This document shows positions 29,456 to 39,602 of a stretch of DNA of 64,000 bases, piece by piece. Source of the stretch: Nitrospinales bacterium (GTDB lineage Bacteria; Nitrospinota; Nitrospinia; Nitrospinales; VA-1). Where the stretch lies: positions 1 to 64,000 of the forward strand of contig JBLFWU010000003.1 of the NCBI GenBank assembly GCA_047610985.1, given 5' to 3'. The position numbers were made by a program, and so were the translations under genes. Positions within the stretch are counted from its first letter, which is position 1, and every line of letters begins with the position of its first letter. Below the pieces are notes generated by a model. It was not told the DNA's origin, made no database searches, and saw nothing but the letters and a program-made list of their open reading frames with translations.

Positions 29456-31197
29456 TAAATAATGATCTCCATTTCTCTAGCTAATTCCTGACTCTGAAAT
29501 AAACCGGCATATATTCCACCCGACTTTACGAGTTGAGAATGGTTTCCCTGTTCAGAAATGCCTCCATCTTCCATAACAATAATATTATCGGCATTCAATA
29601 TCGTAGAGAGACGGTGGGATATTATTATCTTTGTCGTATCTGAGAAATGTATTTTTAAATTACGCAACAACTCCTCTTCCATTTCAGAGTCAAGATTAGA
29701 AAATGAATCATCAAGAATCAATAATGATGGCTTCTTAAATAAAGCGCGGGCCAAGGCTATTCTTTGTTTCTGACCTCCAGACAAGGTGACGCCTTTTTCG
29801 CCAATCATAGTTTCCAAATGGTCAGGAAAACTCTCTAAGTCAGAAGTCATTCCGGCAATTTCAACAATTTTTTCAATCTCCAAATCGGACGCATTTTCCC
29901 TTCCCAACGCGATATTATTCCTAATAGATGTTGAGAAAAGAAAAGGTTCTTGACTCACATAGCCAATATAATCTCGCAATCCTTTTAAGGGTATTTCTTG
30001 AATTGATTTTCCATCAATCCAAATATCACCCGAGGCAGGATCATAAAATCGAAGTAACATTCTTGCTAAAGTTGTTTTGCCAGAACCAATCACTCCAACA
30101 ATACCGAGAGTTTGCCCACAGAATATTGAGAGGTCGATTTCTTTTAAGGCCTCATGAGATTCACTTGAATACTTAAATCGAATACCAGATATCTTAAGGT
30201 CACCGTTACTAGAAGGAATACAATCTCCTCCCATATCAACAATTGAGGACCTTGCCAAAAATATCTCATTAACTCGCGCCATACCAACAAGGCCTTTTTG
30301 AGTCAGATTGAAGACATAACCTATTCCCATCATCGGCCAGGACAAAAGCATCAGATATCCATTGAAGGCAACAAACGAGCCCAAAGTAATGTCATCAGCG
30401 ATCACCGCCCTACCCCCCATCCAAAGAGAAATCATGCCCGCAACCCCAACCGCAAAAACCATGGTAGGGGTAAATATTCCGAACATTTGGGTAACGCGGA
30501 GGTTCTTTCGAATGTATTCCTTATTTAACTTATTAAATTTATCCTTCTCATTTTCTTCCTGCACAAACGCATGCAGCACTCGTATACCAGAAAGGTTTTC
30601 CTGTACATGCTCAGTAATTTTCGACAAATGTTCTTGCACGGCCTCATGTCTTTTTCCAATTTCTTTAACAAACGAAAAGAACAAAATGGAAACGATCGGC
30701 AAGGGAATGAAAACTTTAAGAGTCAATTCAGCATTAATCCAGACCATCATGGTCACTGCCATAATAATAACGAAAACTGCATCAATCAAAATCAATATAC
30801 CTAGACCAAAAAACTCACGAACCGCCCTCAAATCATTTGTAGCGCGGGACATAAGGTCCCCGGTCTTTTGTTTTTGGTACCACAATCTATCCAGAATGAG
30901 CAGATGACTGAAAAGGTCATTTAAAATATCAAACTCAATCTTTCGGGAAAGGCCAAACATATACTTACGCCATCCATAACGCCCCACCACCAGAACCAAT
31001 GAAATCAAAAACAGAAAAAGAACATACTTTAACAGTTGTTCGGTTGCAGGCTTTTGCGGAAGAATATCAACGAATTCTTTTATCAACCACGGAACCATCA
31101 GTGTCATGCAATCGGCAACAATCAAAGCAACAATACCAAACAGAAATTCTCTGTGGTATTTTCGAACATACGGAAAAAATGCTTTCAGGTTATTCAA
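29455..31197 (-). CDS. ABC exporter, fused permease/ATPase, subunit A of a heterodimeric pair
   Basis: TMD followed by NBD (GVIGSGKTT, LSGGQKQR, ILDDSFSNLD). One-nucleotide overlap with the partner gene. Confidence 0.9.
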   Translation of the reverse strand: MNNLKAFFPYVRKYHREFLFGIVALIVADCMTLMVPWLIKEFVDILPQKPATEQLLKYVLFLFLISLVLVVGRYGWRKYMFGLSRKIEFDILNDLFSHLLILDRLWYQKQKTGDLMSRATNDLRAVREFFGLGILILIDAVFVIIMAVTMMVWINAELTLKVFIPLPIVSILFFSFVKEIGKRHEAVQEHLSKITEHVQENLSGIRVLHAFVQEENEKDKFNKLNKEYIRKNLRVTQMFGIFTPTMVFAVGVAGMISLWMGGRAVIADDITLGSFVAFNGYLMLLSWPMMGIGYVFNLTQKGLVGMARVNEIFLARSSIVDMGGDCIPSSNGDLKISGIRFKYSSESHEALKEIDLSIFCGQTLGIVGVIGSGKTTLARMLLRFYDPASGDIWIDGKSIQEIPLKGLRDYIGYVSQEPFLFSTSIRNNIALGRENASDLEIEKIVEIAGMTSDLESFPDHLETMIGEKGVTLSGGQKQRIALARALFKKPSLLILDDSFSNLDSEMEEELLRNLKIHFSDTTKIIISHRLSTILNADNIIVMEDGGISEQGNHSQLVKSGGIYAGLFQSQELAREMEIII

Positions 31198-31287
31198 ACC
31201 CAGCTCCAGAAGTTAAACATAATTAGAATTTAATGATTTTAAATGACTTAGGAAAAACTGAAGAACCAACAACGAATTGATTAAAGT

Positions 31288-32823
31288 TTATTTCTTAGGA
31301 AGGGAAATTACAAAATAATTTCTCACTGTTTTCGCGGCGACAAGTTGGTTCGCAAATTCACTCGCCCTGCTTTTTGATGCAAATTGCCCCACTCTCAGCT
31401 TATACCAATGACCACCCGATCTTCTTTTTGATTTAACAATATACAAATCTTTAACCCCTTTCCCCTTCAATCTCCTCACCAGCTTATTAGCTTGCTTCGC
31501 AGATATCACAGCCGCAATTTGCACCGTATAAACTCGGTTGTCTTCTTTAACTTTAGATGAACCTCTTGCAGTAGAAGATCCCTTCTGAGAAACAAAATCC
31601 CCCTGTCCATTAATTGGAAACCATATCTCCTTAAACCCTAGCCCAATAAGGATAATCACAAAAATTACTACAAAACTACCAAGCTTAATTTTTAAAGGGA
31701 GCTTCCCAAACATAAAAGCACTATCAAGAGCTCGCAACAACATCCACTTCCCAATATTTTTAATAACCCGTGCCGACCATGCTAGTCCACTCCACAACAG
31801 GGAGACTTTAGATGCAACCAGTCTCATTTCAACTTTCAAATGTTTCAGGTCCTGCAAATCCTCTTTTCTGAACAGTTTTATTTTTTTCAACTTATATGAA
31901 ATCCGAGTCTCATCAGACTTCGATTTCAACTCAGCCTGTTTAGCTTCGGGCAATAAATAAAATATTTCTTTACATTTTCTATGCAAATCTGGAGATACCC
32001 CCATAAGATTTCCATCACTAAATGATTGCGCCAAAATGATTTTCAACTGATCTCCTTCAGGGGGAGAGAAGTCCAGAACCTTTACATAGAATTTTAAGGC
32101 TCGTACATCCGTCCGTTGATGGGTCAGATATATGGGCAGAACAAACCTAATAATCTCATCGGAAAGATCACTCCCCTCTTCCAGAGCGCTCAAGAAAAGT
32201 GATTCTGTTTGTCCGGACCATTGCCGAGCTTTTAGAAATAATCCTGCTAAATAGGAAGTGAGAACAGGATCGTGCTTTTCTTCTTTATGAAACATAATTA
32301 GCAGTAAGTCCATTTCCTGCGGATTCAATTCCTGCCCTCTATTCAAGATGGATAGGAGAGGCTTTCGAAAACGCGAGTTTTGTGGACTTTGAATAAATGC
32401 CTGCACATATACATTTAATGCCTTTGGTGTTTCTTCTCCTATAGAAAGAAGGTAATCAGCAAATTGCAGGACACTTAAATTTCGGTAGCGTTTTCCAGTA
32501 GCTGGTAAAAAATAGGAGGAGTAAGTGAACTCAATCAAATTTTCAAACTGGCTTTTTATATTTCCAACAACTGATTTTGGGGGAATATTTTTCAAACCAT
32601 GGAGTGAATTATAGAATCTTTGTTCGCCCAGCATGCCGTAGCCAACAAAACCAAAAAACAGGCAAACTAGAAAAATTGACCACTGGATAGCTAAATCGTC
32701 AAACATGACAAATGGCAGAGCCACTTCATGGAGAAAATAAAGAGACAAAAACCCAACTCCAAAGACCAGAAAGATCGACACTGTCAACCTAGCCAAATAA
32801 AATTTAAGAGTCTGAAACAACAT
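31288..32823 (-). CDS. SPOR-domain membrane protein (septal peptidoglycan-binding)
   Basis: N-terminal TM helices. C-terminal SPOR repeat (YTVQIAAVISAKQANKLVRRLKGKGVKDLYIV…WYKLRVGQFASKSRASEFANQL). Confidence 0.7.
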   Translation of the reverse strand: MLFQTLKFYLARLTVSIFLVFGVGFLSLYFLHEVALPFVMFDDLAIQWSIFLVCLFFGFVGYGMLGEQRFYNSLHGLKNIPPKSVVGNIKSQFENLIEFTYSSYFLPATGKRYRNLSVLQFADYLLSIGEETPKALNVYVQAFIQSPQNSRFRKPLLSILNRGQELNPQEMDLLLIMFHKEEKHDPVLTSYLAGLFLKARQWSGQTESLFLSALEEGSDLSDEIIRFVLPIYLTHQRTDVRALKFYVKVLDFSPPEGDQLKIILAQSFSDGNLMGVSPDLHRKCKEIFYLLPEAKQAELKSKSDETRISYKLKKIKLFRKEDLQDLKHLKVEMRLVASKVSLLWSGLAWSARVIKNIGKWMLLRALDSAFMFGKLPLKIKLGSFVVIFVIILIGLGFKEIWFPINGQGDFVSQKGSSTARGSSKVKEDNRVYTVQIAAVISAKQANKLVRRLKGKGVKDLYIVKSKRRSGGHWYKLRVGQFASKSRASEFANQLVAAKTVRNYFVISLPKK

Positions 32824-32829
32824 ATTTAT

Positions 32830-34875
32830 TTAGGGATTTGAAGGGGTTTCAACAGATTCTGTTTCTTGAAAAATTTCGGTCGCACTTTCCAGTTCCGTAT
32901 CTACAATGGGTAAAGGGGAAAGATCCACATCCTCTTTTACCGCTACCTGAATATTTTCTAGAGAGAACTCCCCGGGCATACGTCCCGTTTCTACATCGAC
33001 CGTTACAAATTTAATATTCTCCGGAACGGGGAACTTGACCCTGGTTTTCCCTGCAAGAGCTTTTTGCATAAAATATACCCAAATAGGTGCTGCCGCACTC
33101 GCCCCTGTCAAACCTTTTCCCGATGTAGTTTTCATCGAAGCGTTATCATCGAACCCCACCCAAACCGATGTAGAAATATCTTTTGTAAATCCATTAAACC
33201 AAGCATCTTTAAAATCATTCGTGGTACCCGTTTTTCCTGCAGCCGGATGCTTGAACCCCATCCTTCGGATGATTCTGCCCGTCCCCCGATCGACAACCCC
33301 CTGCATCATATCCAACAACGGGTAAAGCGTGTCAGGTGAGAACTGTTGCACCCCTTGATAAAAGTGCTCATAAAGGCGGTTACCCTGAAAATCTTCTATT
33401 TGTTGAATCAAATAAGGCTCATTATATATTCCCAGATTAGCGATCACACTGTATGCGGATGCGATTTCAAGAGGCGCAATTCCCGACGTGCCTAAAGCAA
33501 GAGAAAGGTTTTTTCCTAAAGGGCTTTTAATTCCAAATTTTCGTGCAGTGCGAATGACCTTTTCCGGCCCTACTTGTTGCATGAGCTTAGCAGATACAAC
33601 GTTGATGGATTTCAACAGAGCTTTTTTAAGTACAATACTTCCAGCAAATTCTTTATCAAAATTTTGCGGCTCCCAAGGTTTTGACCCTGGAATTTCTATT
33701 GTGACAGGCTCATCAATAACAACGGTTGCTGGGGATAGGCCCAAGGTTTCCATTGCTGTCAAATAAACGAAGGGCTTAAAAGAAGACCCCGGAAGTCTAT
33801 TATTTGAAACAGCTCGATTAAACTGACTATGGGAATAGTTTCTCCCTCCTAATAAAGCTTTGACTGCCCCGCTTTTATTCTCAATAGCTACCAGAGCCAC
33901 TTGTAGTTTCTCTGACCCAGGTTCTTTTTTTACTTTCCCTTTTAAAGCTTCCAGATGATTGCGGGCTCCACGCAAAGCAAACTGTTGGTATCGCGTATCC
34001 AATGTGGTAAAAATCTTTAACCCACCAAAATGCACTAATTCTTTTCCATAATCTTTTTCAAGTTTAGCCAACACTTCATTTACAAAGTAAAGATTAGGGT
34101 TGGATTCAATTTTGGGGTTCGCAAGATCAAGAATAGAATTTAGCGCTTCTTCTCTTTCGCTATTTGAGATTAGCTTTTCTGAAACCATTCGTCTCAACAC
34201 ATAATCCGTTCGCTTCATCGCTCTTTCATAATGGACAAATGGATTAGCATTATTTGGAGAGTTGGGCAGACCCGCGAGCATAGCTGCCTGCAGAAGAGTT
34301 AGCTCTCGCGCTCTTCTTTTAAAATAGGTCTGGGCAGCTTCTTCTACCCCATATGCCCCACTGCCAAAGTAAATTTGATTACCATAGGCCTCCAAAATTT
34401 GTTCTTTGCTAAAAGTAACTTCCAATTGGAACGCTATCAACAACTCCTTAATTTTCCTTATCCAATTACGCTCAAAGGAAAAAAATAAATTTTTAGATAG
34501 CTGCTGTGTTATGGTGCTGCCTCCCTGCGCAATCCTCTTAGTTCGCAAGTTGGTTAGCAATGCCCTAATAAGGCCTCGATGATCTATTCCGCTATGCTTA
34601 TAAAAACGCGAATCTTCAACGGCTATTATTGCTTTGAAAAAATTAGGTGAGATGTCCTCAAAAACTACAGGATGCCTTTCCCCCAAAACCTTAATGCGTT
34701 CACCATCAGCAGAATATATCTCAGTAGGTAAGCTTAAATTGATGTGCGCCAGGCTTTGCGGGAGCTGTGGCAGATCTTTACTTAACCAAATATAAAGACC
34801 CCCAACGGTTAAAATCGAAACAAGAATCAAGGTGACGATTACCAGATTCAGAAATTGTAGGAAACGGCCGATCAA
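32830..34875 (-). CDS. Class A penicillin-binding protein (bifunctional glycosyltransferase/transpeptidase)
   Basis: GT51 motifs (EDSRFYKH…, RIAQGGSTITQQL). Transpeptidase motifs SxxK (SSFKP), SxN and KTG (AGKTGTT). Confidence 0.9.
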   Translation of the reverse strand: MIGRFLQFLNLVIVTLILVSILTVGGLYIWLSKDLPQLPQSLAHINLSLPTEIYSADGERIKVLGERHPVVFEDISPNFFKAIIAVEDSRFYKHSGIDHRGLIRALLTNLRTKRIAQGGSTITQQLSKNLFFSFERNWIRKIKELLIAFQLEVTFSKEQILEAYGNQIYFGSGAYGVEEAAQTYFKRRARELTLLQAAMLAGLPNSPNNANPFVHYERAMKRTDYVLRRMVSEKLISNSEREEALNSILDLANPKIESNPNLYFVNEVLAKLEKDYGKELVHFGGLKIFTTLDTRYQQFALRGARNHLEALKGKVKKEPGSEKLQVALVAIENKSGAVKALLGGRNYSHSQFNRAVSNNRLPGSSFKPFVYLTAMETLGLSPATVVIDEPVTIEIPGSKPWEPQNFDKEFAGSIVLKKALLKSINVVSAKLMQQVGPEKVIRTARKFGIKSPLGKNLSLALGTSGIAPLEIASAYSVIANLGIYNEPYLIQQIEDFQGNRLYEHFYQGVQQFSPDTLYPLLDMMQGVVDRGTGRIIRRMGFKHPAAGKTGTTNDFKDAWFNGFTKDISTSVWVGFDDNASMKTTSGKGLTGASAAAPIWVYFMQKALAGKTRVKFPVPENIKFVTVDVETGRMPGEFSLENIQVAVKEDVDLSPLPIVDTELESATEIFQETESVETPSNP

Positions 34876-35762
34876 GGAATCACCTCAAACGAAATTTGTG
34901 GTTCAGCTAGACCCAAAATATCCGACCTATCAATCTGAGACATTATGTTATTTGCCAATTCCAAAGCAACGGGTATGAATAGAACACCCGTGTAGTAGTC
35001 CGTATCGTATTCAATTCCAAATACAAGATGCTGCTCCTCTCCTGTCACAACATCAGAAATTCCGACCCGGGAGATATGATAGTTTTTCTCCAAAAACCAA
35101 CGGGGTTCTGGGAAAACTGCCTTTTGAGTAACCGAGTCCAAACTTTTTAGTACGGGTAATACCTCATCAATCTCAAAAATACGATTTCCCTTAAAATCTG
35201 AATCTTCAAGTGTCCCTCGCTTTATGGAGCGAGTAGCGTGAACTTCCGATATCGTATCAACGGATAAGAATATTTCGTGGGCGGGAATGTTTTTTTGGTC
35301 AAGGAACTGAAGAGTTATCCAAGGGCCGAATCGTTTTAACAAAACACGTTCCCAGTTTTTCCCAGAATCGAGGTTGATCAAATCATACGGAGAAATGATT
35401 TGTTCTGATCCCAGGCCAGGAAAATCAAAATAAAGGTGAAGAAATTTTTCGCGCGTTACCACCAAAGGAAAACCTGGAGAAACATTTTCAAACAGCTGTT
35501 TGAGAGAAGAAATACCTGAGGCATTTTCTTCCTGAATATCCAGGGAAGAACGGATGGATTGAATTTGGGCTTGTGCTATGAGTGACTGCCTATCTCGCTC
35601 CCACATTCGACCTAATTGGGGCCGCTTGTGGTTTTGCCACTTTAAGTAATAACCGACACTTTTTTCAAACAGGTTGGCATAAAACTCAAGGAAAATAAAA
35701 GCGGAAAGAATGACCAGCCCTGCAACACTGTGCCACGACCTTCTGACACCAGCAAATTTCAC
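34872..35762 (-). CDS. Hypothetical membrane-anchored protein
   Basis: 296 aa with N-terminal TM. Four-nucleotide overlap with the PBP gene, suggesting co-transcription. Confidence 0.45.
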   Translation of the reverse strand: MKFAGVRRSWHSVAGLVILSAFIFLEFYANLFEKSVGYYLKWQNHKRPQLGRMWERDRQSLIAQAQIQSIRSSLDIQEENASGISSLKQLFENVSPGFPLVVTREKFLHLYFDFPGLGSEQIISPYDLINLDSGKNWERVLLKRFGPWITLQFLDQKNIPAHEIFLSVDTISEVHATRSIKRGTLEDSDFKGNRIFEIDEVLPVLKSLDSVTQKAVFPEPRWFLEKNYHISRVGISDVVTGEEQHLVFGIEYDTDYYTGVLFIPVALELANNIMSQIDRSDILGLAEPQISFEVIP

Positions 35763-35768
35763 AAATTT

Positions 35769-36407
35769 TTATCTCACGGTGATTTTATTAATAGCTCGGG
35801 TTACTATTTTAAGCTTGTCTATCTTCTCTTGCAAAGCTTTTTTATCCAGCTTTTTCCTACCCGGCTTTCTTTTAGCTTTCGGCTTCGGAGGGGTTTTTAT
35901 TTCAATTTTTATTTTAGGTGTTACCTTTCTTTTGTCTTTACGCCCTTTACCCGCGCTATCTGATAGTCGGCTGACCACTCTTCCCGTTTCAACAATCTGA
36001 CCTATCGAATCCATACAATCTTTTTTCAGACGAGGCGGCATTTTTCGAAACAAGGTCAGAATGCGTTTTTCGGCATCATTAATTGTCATTAATCCTTGAT
36101 AACCCGGGTCTTTAAAAGTCACCTGACCGAGTTTAAAGTCGATCGATTGCACCTGGACAGTCTCTCCTTTATTTATTTTATCAAGAGGAGCAATATCATT
36201 AGGTTCAATCTCGGTAGTTAACAACTGTTCCAGTGAGATATTACCCAAGCGAGCAATTTTTACCAGAACCGAAACGGGCGCATCTCTCTCCCCAGCTTCG
36301 TACCGCACAAAAGTCCGGAACCCAACCTTTAAAATATCTGCCATCACAGATTGGGTACAGCCTAACTCTTTGCGAATGGTCTTTAGGTTTTTGGCTAAAA
36401 CTGACAT
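35769..36407 (-). CDS. XRE-family HTH transcriptional regulator with Lys-rich C-terminal tail
   Basis: Cro/C1-type HTH (LKTIRKELGCTQSVMADILKVGFRTFVRYEAGER). Basic tail (KPKAKRKPGRKK). Confidence 0.7.
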   Translation of the reverse strand: MSVLAKNLKTIRKELGCTQSVMADILKVGFRTFVRYEAGERDAPVSVLVKIARLGNISLEQLLTTEIEPNDIAPLDKINKGETVQVQSIDFKLGQVTFKDPGYQGLMTINDAEKRILTLFRKMPPRLKKDCMDSIGQIVETGRVVSRLSDSAGKGRKDKRKVTPKIKIEIKTPPKPKAKRKPGRKKLDKKALQEKIDKLKIVTRAINKITVR

Positions 36408-36773
36408 AGTTTCCCCAAACTTTATGCATTCTCTACGTATTTTTACGGTTACTTATATTTTAGTACCTGACATAGCTTATTTCAATATAACTTTACACAT
36501 TCCAGAATCTGAAAAATTACCCCCAAGTATTTGTTAAAAAGAACTAGGTAGAGATAGTTAAAACTTCTTTAAAATCAAAAAAGTCAAAAAACACACCTTT
36601 TTATGGATTACGTCAAAAAAAATAAAGGTTTCCAGAACTCTTTAATAACACTACAAACCTTTATAAAAAAAGGCGTACTCAGAATCTCCCTGATATAAAT
36701 AAAAATGGCATAGGTTTTGCTAATTAGATACTAAACCATTATTTTTTTAACAAAACCTCGGGAGTTTACGAAC

Positions 36774-37166
36774 ATGGATTCATTTTTTGAAAAGGAATAT
36801 GAAAACTTAAATGATGCCATCTTAAAGGCCATTGTTTCTTCTAAAGAAGTTCAAAAAATACTTGTAAAACTTAAGGAGCAAGAAGAAATTGATAATATGG
36901 CGGTTTTAAACCTTTTCCTCAGCTTGGATGAGTTGTACGAAATGATATCCGAAAAGGACAATAATTCCATCTCATATAAACTAGAGCCTGTGGAATCGAA
37001 ACAATCTGCTGGTACAGAAACCAAAAAAGAAATTCCCTCACCTATCAAAAGTGGAAATATTATTGATGGAAAAGCGTTAACCCTAAATGAGACACTTTTT
37101 GAGAATTTTTACCAGGGGAGATTTAACGAGGAGACTTGGGTAAAGAAGGCGCGCATCCAGCTATAA
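36774..37166 (+). CDS. Hypothetical protein (130 aa)
   Basis: ORF downstream of an approximately 360-bp AT-rich intergenic region. No recognisable motifs. Confidence 0.4.
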   Translation: MDSFFEKEYENLNDAILKAIVSSKEVQKILVKLKEQEEIDNMAVLNLFLSLDELYEMISEKDNNSISYKLEPVESKQSAGTETKKEIPSPIKSGNIIDGKALTLNETLFENFYQGRFNEETWVKKARIQL

Positions 37167-37191
37167 TTTTTTTATCGCCGTATACCTTGAA

Positions 37192-37374
37192 CTAGTTTTT
37201 GAATATTTTGGAATCACAAGAGATATATTTTATCTGTTTTAAAGGAACAACAAAAATCTCATCGGCGGTGGTAACTTCAAACAACTCTAAGTCATCACTG
37301 AAACCATGCTTTTCCGTGGTTTCCAATACCAACTCCTGCCCATCCACAAATACAATTTTTAATCTGTACTGCAT
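37192..37374 (-). CDS. Small hypothetical protein (60 aa)
   Basis: Start trimmed to MQYRLKIVFVDG…, which has a GAAAGGGAAT RBS-like sequence. The longer ORF upstream would run through the terminator hairpin of the preceding gene. Confidence 0.35.
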   Translation of the reverse strand: MQYRLKIVFVDGQELVLETTEKHGFSDDLELFEVTTADEIFVVPLKQIKYISCDSKIFKN

Positions 37375-37396
37375 TTTGATTCCCTTTCTATGAAAT

Positions 37397-37416
37397 GGGG
37401 GCACTTGAATGCCCCC
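37397..37416 (-). terminator. Hairpin downstream of the radical SAM gene
   Basis: gggggca-cttgaa-tgccccc perfect 7-bp GC stem. Only a weak T tract follows. Confidence 0.35.
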
Positions 37417-37435
37417 CATTCCGCTCTATAATAAA

Positions 37436-38647
37436 TCAGTTTGGATGAGCCACACTCTCAAATTTTTTCGACAAGGGATTATTAAGATAATCCTCAACGT
37501 AATTCTTCAAGTATCCCTTTTCATACAATTTTTTATTTGAAAGTGCCGAGTTTACTTTATGAAGCACTTTAAAACGAATTCGCGGGAACTGCTCTTTAAA
37601 TTCATCAAATGACCTTCCTGAGATATCTCTCTCATCATTTGAAGACTTTTCCATTATAACCTGAGGTAAGTGAATCACTCTCTGGTTGGTAATCCTTTTC
37701 GCCACATCATCAAAGGTAAGCAGGGTTGTGCAATTCGAATCCCCTCCCAGGGTGTCATTAGGAACATACAGAAAACGTGCGCGCCCTCGTCTAAACAAGG
37801 TTAAAATTCTATGGACGTTTCCTGCCATAACAATCCAGTCCTTTTTCTCCAATTCACAGGCATCAAAGGTTTTGATAATTTTATTCCTGTTCAAAAAAGC
37901 GGTGATGTCTGACTCGGTATGAATCATTTGCACATTTGGCAAATTCATATCATAAATTTTCCTAGCTTCATCAGGCAAAAACCTTTTCCCTTGTCGCATC
38001 ACTTTAGTCGTATCAGCATCGATATATTTCAAGGGAGTAAGACACCCCATCCAAAGCAAACAGTCTTTATTGATATCTGAAATTTTCTTTGCATCCTGAG
38101 ACATCGACCCGGGACCAAAGGAGTAAAAGTTTGCAGAGGTCACAGCTGGCCCATCCAGAACTGCCAGTACCTGTTTGACTGAAGGCCCTTTTGGCATTAA
38201 TTGTTCTCGATAGGAACCTAGGGTAATTACCGACAATTCAAAATTGATACGTCCGGGATATTTTTCAGCAAGTCGATTGATTCTCGCCGGGTCAAAATAG
38301 CCCACCGAAAACATGGTGATTTTCTTATCCGTTTTATCCAGAAACTCTTCAATCCAATCCATCGCTTTCGGATGAAGAGCAAGGTCAGTCCATTCCATGT
38401 ACTCATTGCCACCCAGTATCCAAGATTCCGATTCACGAGTCGGAAAGGATTGGATTTCTTTGAAAATAAATTCCCAATGCTCCTGCGTGGTCAAGGGAGT
38501 CTCAAAAGTCTTGCGGTAACTATGATCCATCTCATAGCAAAAGGTACATTTTACAGGACAGGTTTTTCCGAGACTCAGGGGGATTTTTCTATCCTTTATT
38601 TCTTTTCGAAAAACACTATATAGAAACTCCTGATCTTTGATCGACAT
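37436..38647 (-). CDS. Radical SAM domain protein, function unknown
   Basis: CxxxCxxC cluster near the N-terminus (GKTCPVKCTFCYE). No SPASM/twitch C-terminal cysteine cluster. 403 aa. Confidence 0.75.
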   Translation of the reverse strand: MSIKDQEFLYSVFRKEIKDRKIPLSLGKTCPVKCTFCYEMDHSYRKTFETPLTTQEHWEFIFKEIQSFPTRESESWILGGNEYMEWTDLALHPKAMDWIEEFLDKTDKKITMFSVGYFDPARINRLAEKYPGRINFELSVITLGSYREQLMPKGPSVKQVLAVLDGPAVTSANFYSFGPGSMSQDAKKISDINKDCLLWMGCLTPLKYIDADTTKVMRQGKRFLPDEARKIYDMNLPNVQMIHTESDITAFLNRNKIIKTFDACELEKKDWIVMAGNVHRILTLFRRGRARFLYVPNDTLGGDSNCTTLLTFDDVAKRITNQRVIHLPQVIMEKSSNDERDISGRSFDEFKEQFPRIRFKVLHKVNSALSNKKLYEKGYLKNYVEDYLNNPLSKKFESVAHPN

Positions 38648-38651
38648 ATCT

Positions 38652-38981
38652 TTACCAGTCCTTAAAGGCGCTCATCAATGACTCATCAATGGGCACTTCC
38701 TGTTTTTGATCTTCATCCAAGCCATGAATCATTTCATTAAGGTGCACCGCCGCACAACCCATATAGGCAATGCTTTCCTGCTGCAACTTAAAATTTCCAC
38801 CTTTTAGTTTTGTCTCAAGCTCACTTATATGCTTTTCATCAAAGGGATGGATCATTGCAGATTTTTTAAAAGCTGCAATGGCCTCTTTAAATTGTTTAGC
38901 TTCATGCCCGGTGATACCTGTTCTTAGACTATCCTGAGCATCTCGTACTTCATCAACTGTTATAGGGTATTTTTCTGTCAT
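38652..38981 (-). CDS. Hypothetical protein (109 aa)
   Basis: Start trimmed to MTEKYPITV…. Five-nucleotide gap to the radical SAM gene. Confidence 0.45.
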   Translation of the reverse strand: MTEKYPITVDEVRDAQDSLRTGITGHEAKQFKEAIAAFKKSAMIHPFDEKHISELETKLKGGNFKLQQESIAYMGCAAVHLNEMIHGLDEDQKQEVPIDESLMSAFKDW

Positions 38982-39306
38982 TTCCTTCCTCTCTTTTACT
39001 TCACAACCAAAAAGAAAAAGTTTGATCGGGAAAACAAACGGATCCAAACCCCAGACCAAACCAACACTTTTTAATCATCCCGTCATATTCTTATAATGAT
39101 GCTGACTTGCTGTAAATGAAGGGGCTATTGTAGCATTCCTGGAACGGGAACTGTCAAGGTATTAGAAAGTTTGCGAGGGGGTTTTCAGAAACAGGGGGGG
39201 ATATGCACAGAAAAAATGCAAACAGAAACACATATAAGGAAGAGCATTCAAAAGGCGGGGAATAATTCCCCGCCATCCAAATGAATTCAGCTAAAAACAG
39301 ACTGAT

Positions 39307-39434
39307 TAATGCTTTTCCTCAACACCCTCAGGTGCATACTGGTGACCTTCACCATTAAAATTTGACTCCATTGAACAAGAAGACAAAACCAACATCAGCG
39401 AAACCCAAATAAATGAAACTACCAACTTTTTCAT
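39307..39434 (-). CDS. Small lipoprotein (42 aa), not in the ORF track
   Basis: MKKLVVSFIWVSLMLVLSSC… with lipobox LSSC. Followed on the minus strand by a perfect hairpin ggcgggga-(a)taa(t)-tccccgcc at 39253-39273 and a TTTTG tract. Confidence 0.35.
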
Positions 39435-39602
39435 CCAGCCCTCTCCTCTCAAAAAGATTTAATCCCAGACAGAATCGTGCTTAGCTGGAATCACCGTATG
39501 CTTTTTATCAATTTTTCAACAATAATTCAATCATTTTTTAAGAATTACCCCTTACAATAGAAAATATCGATCTACATAACGGCCTAATCTATATATTACA
39601 AG

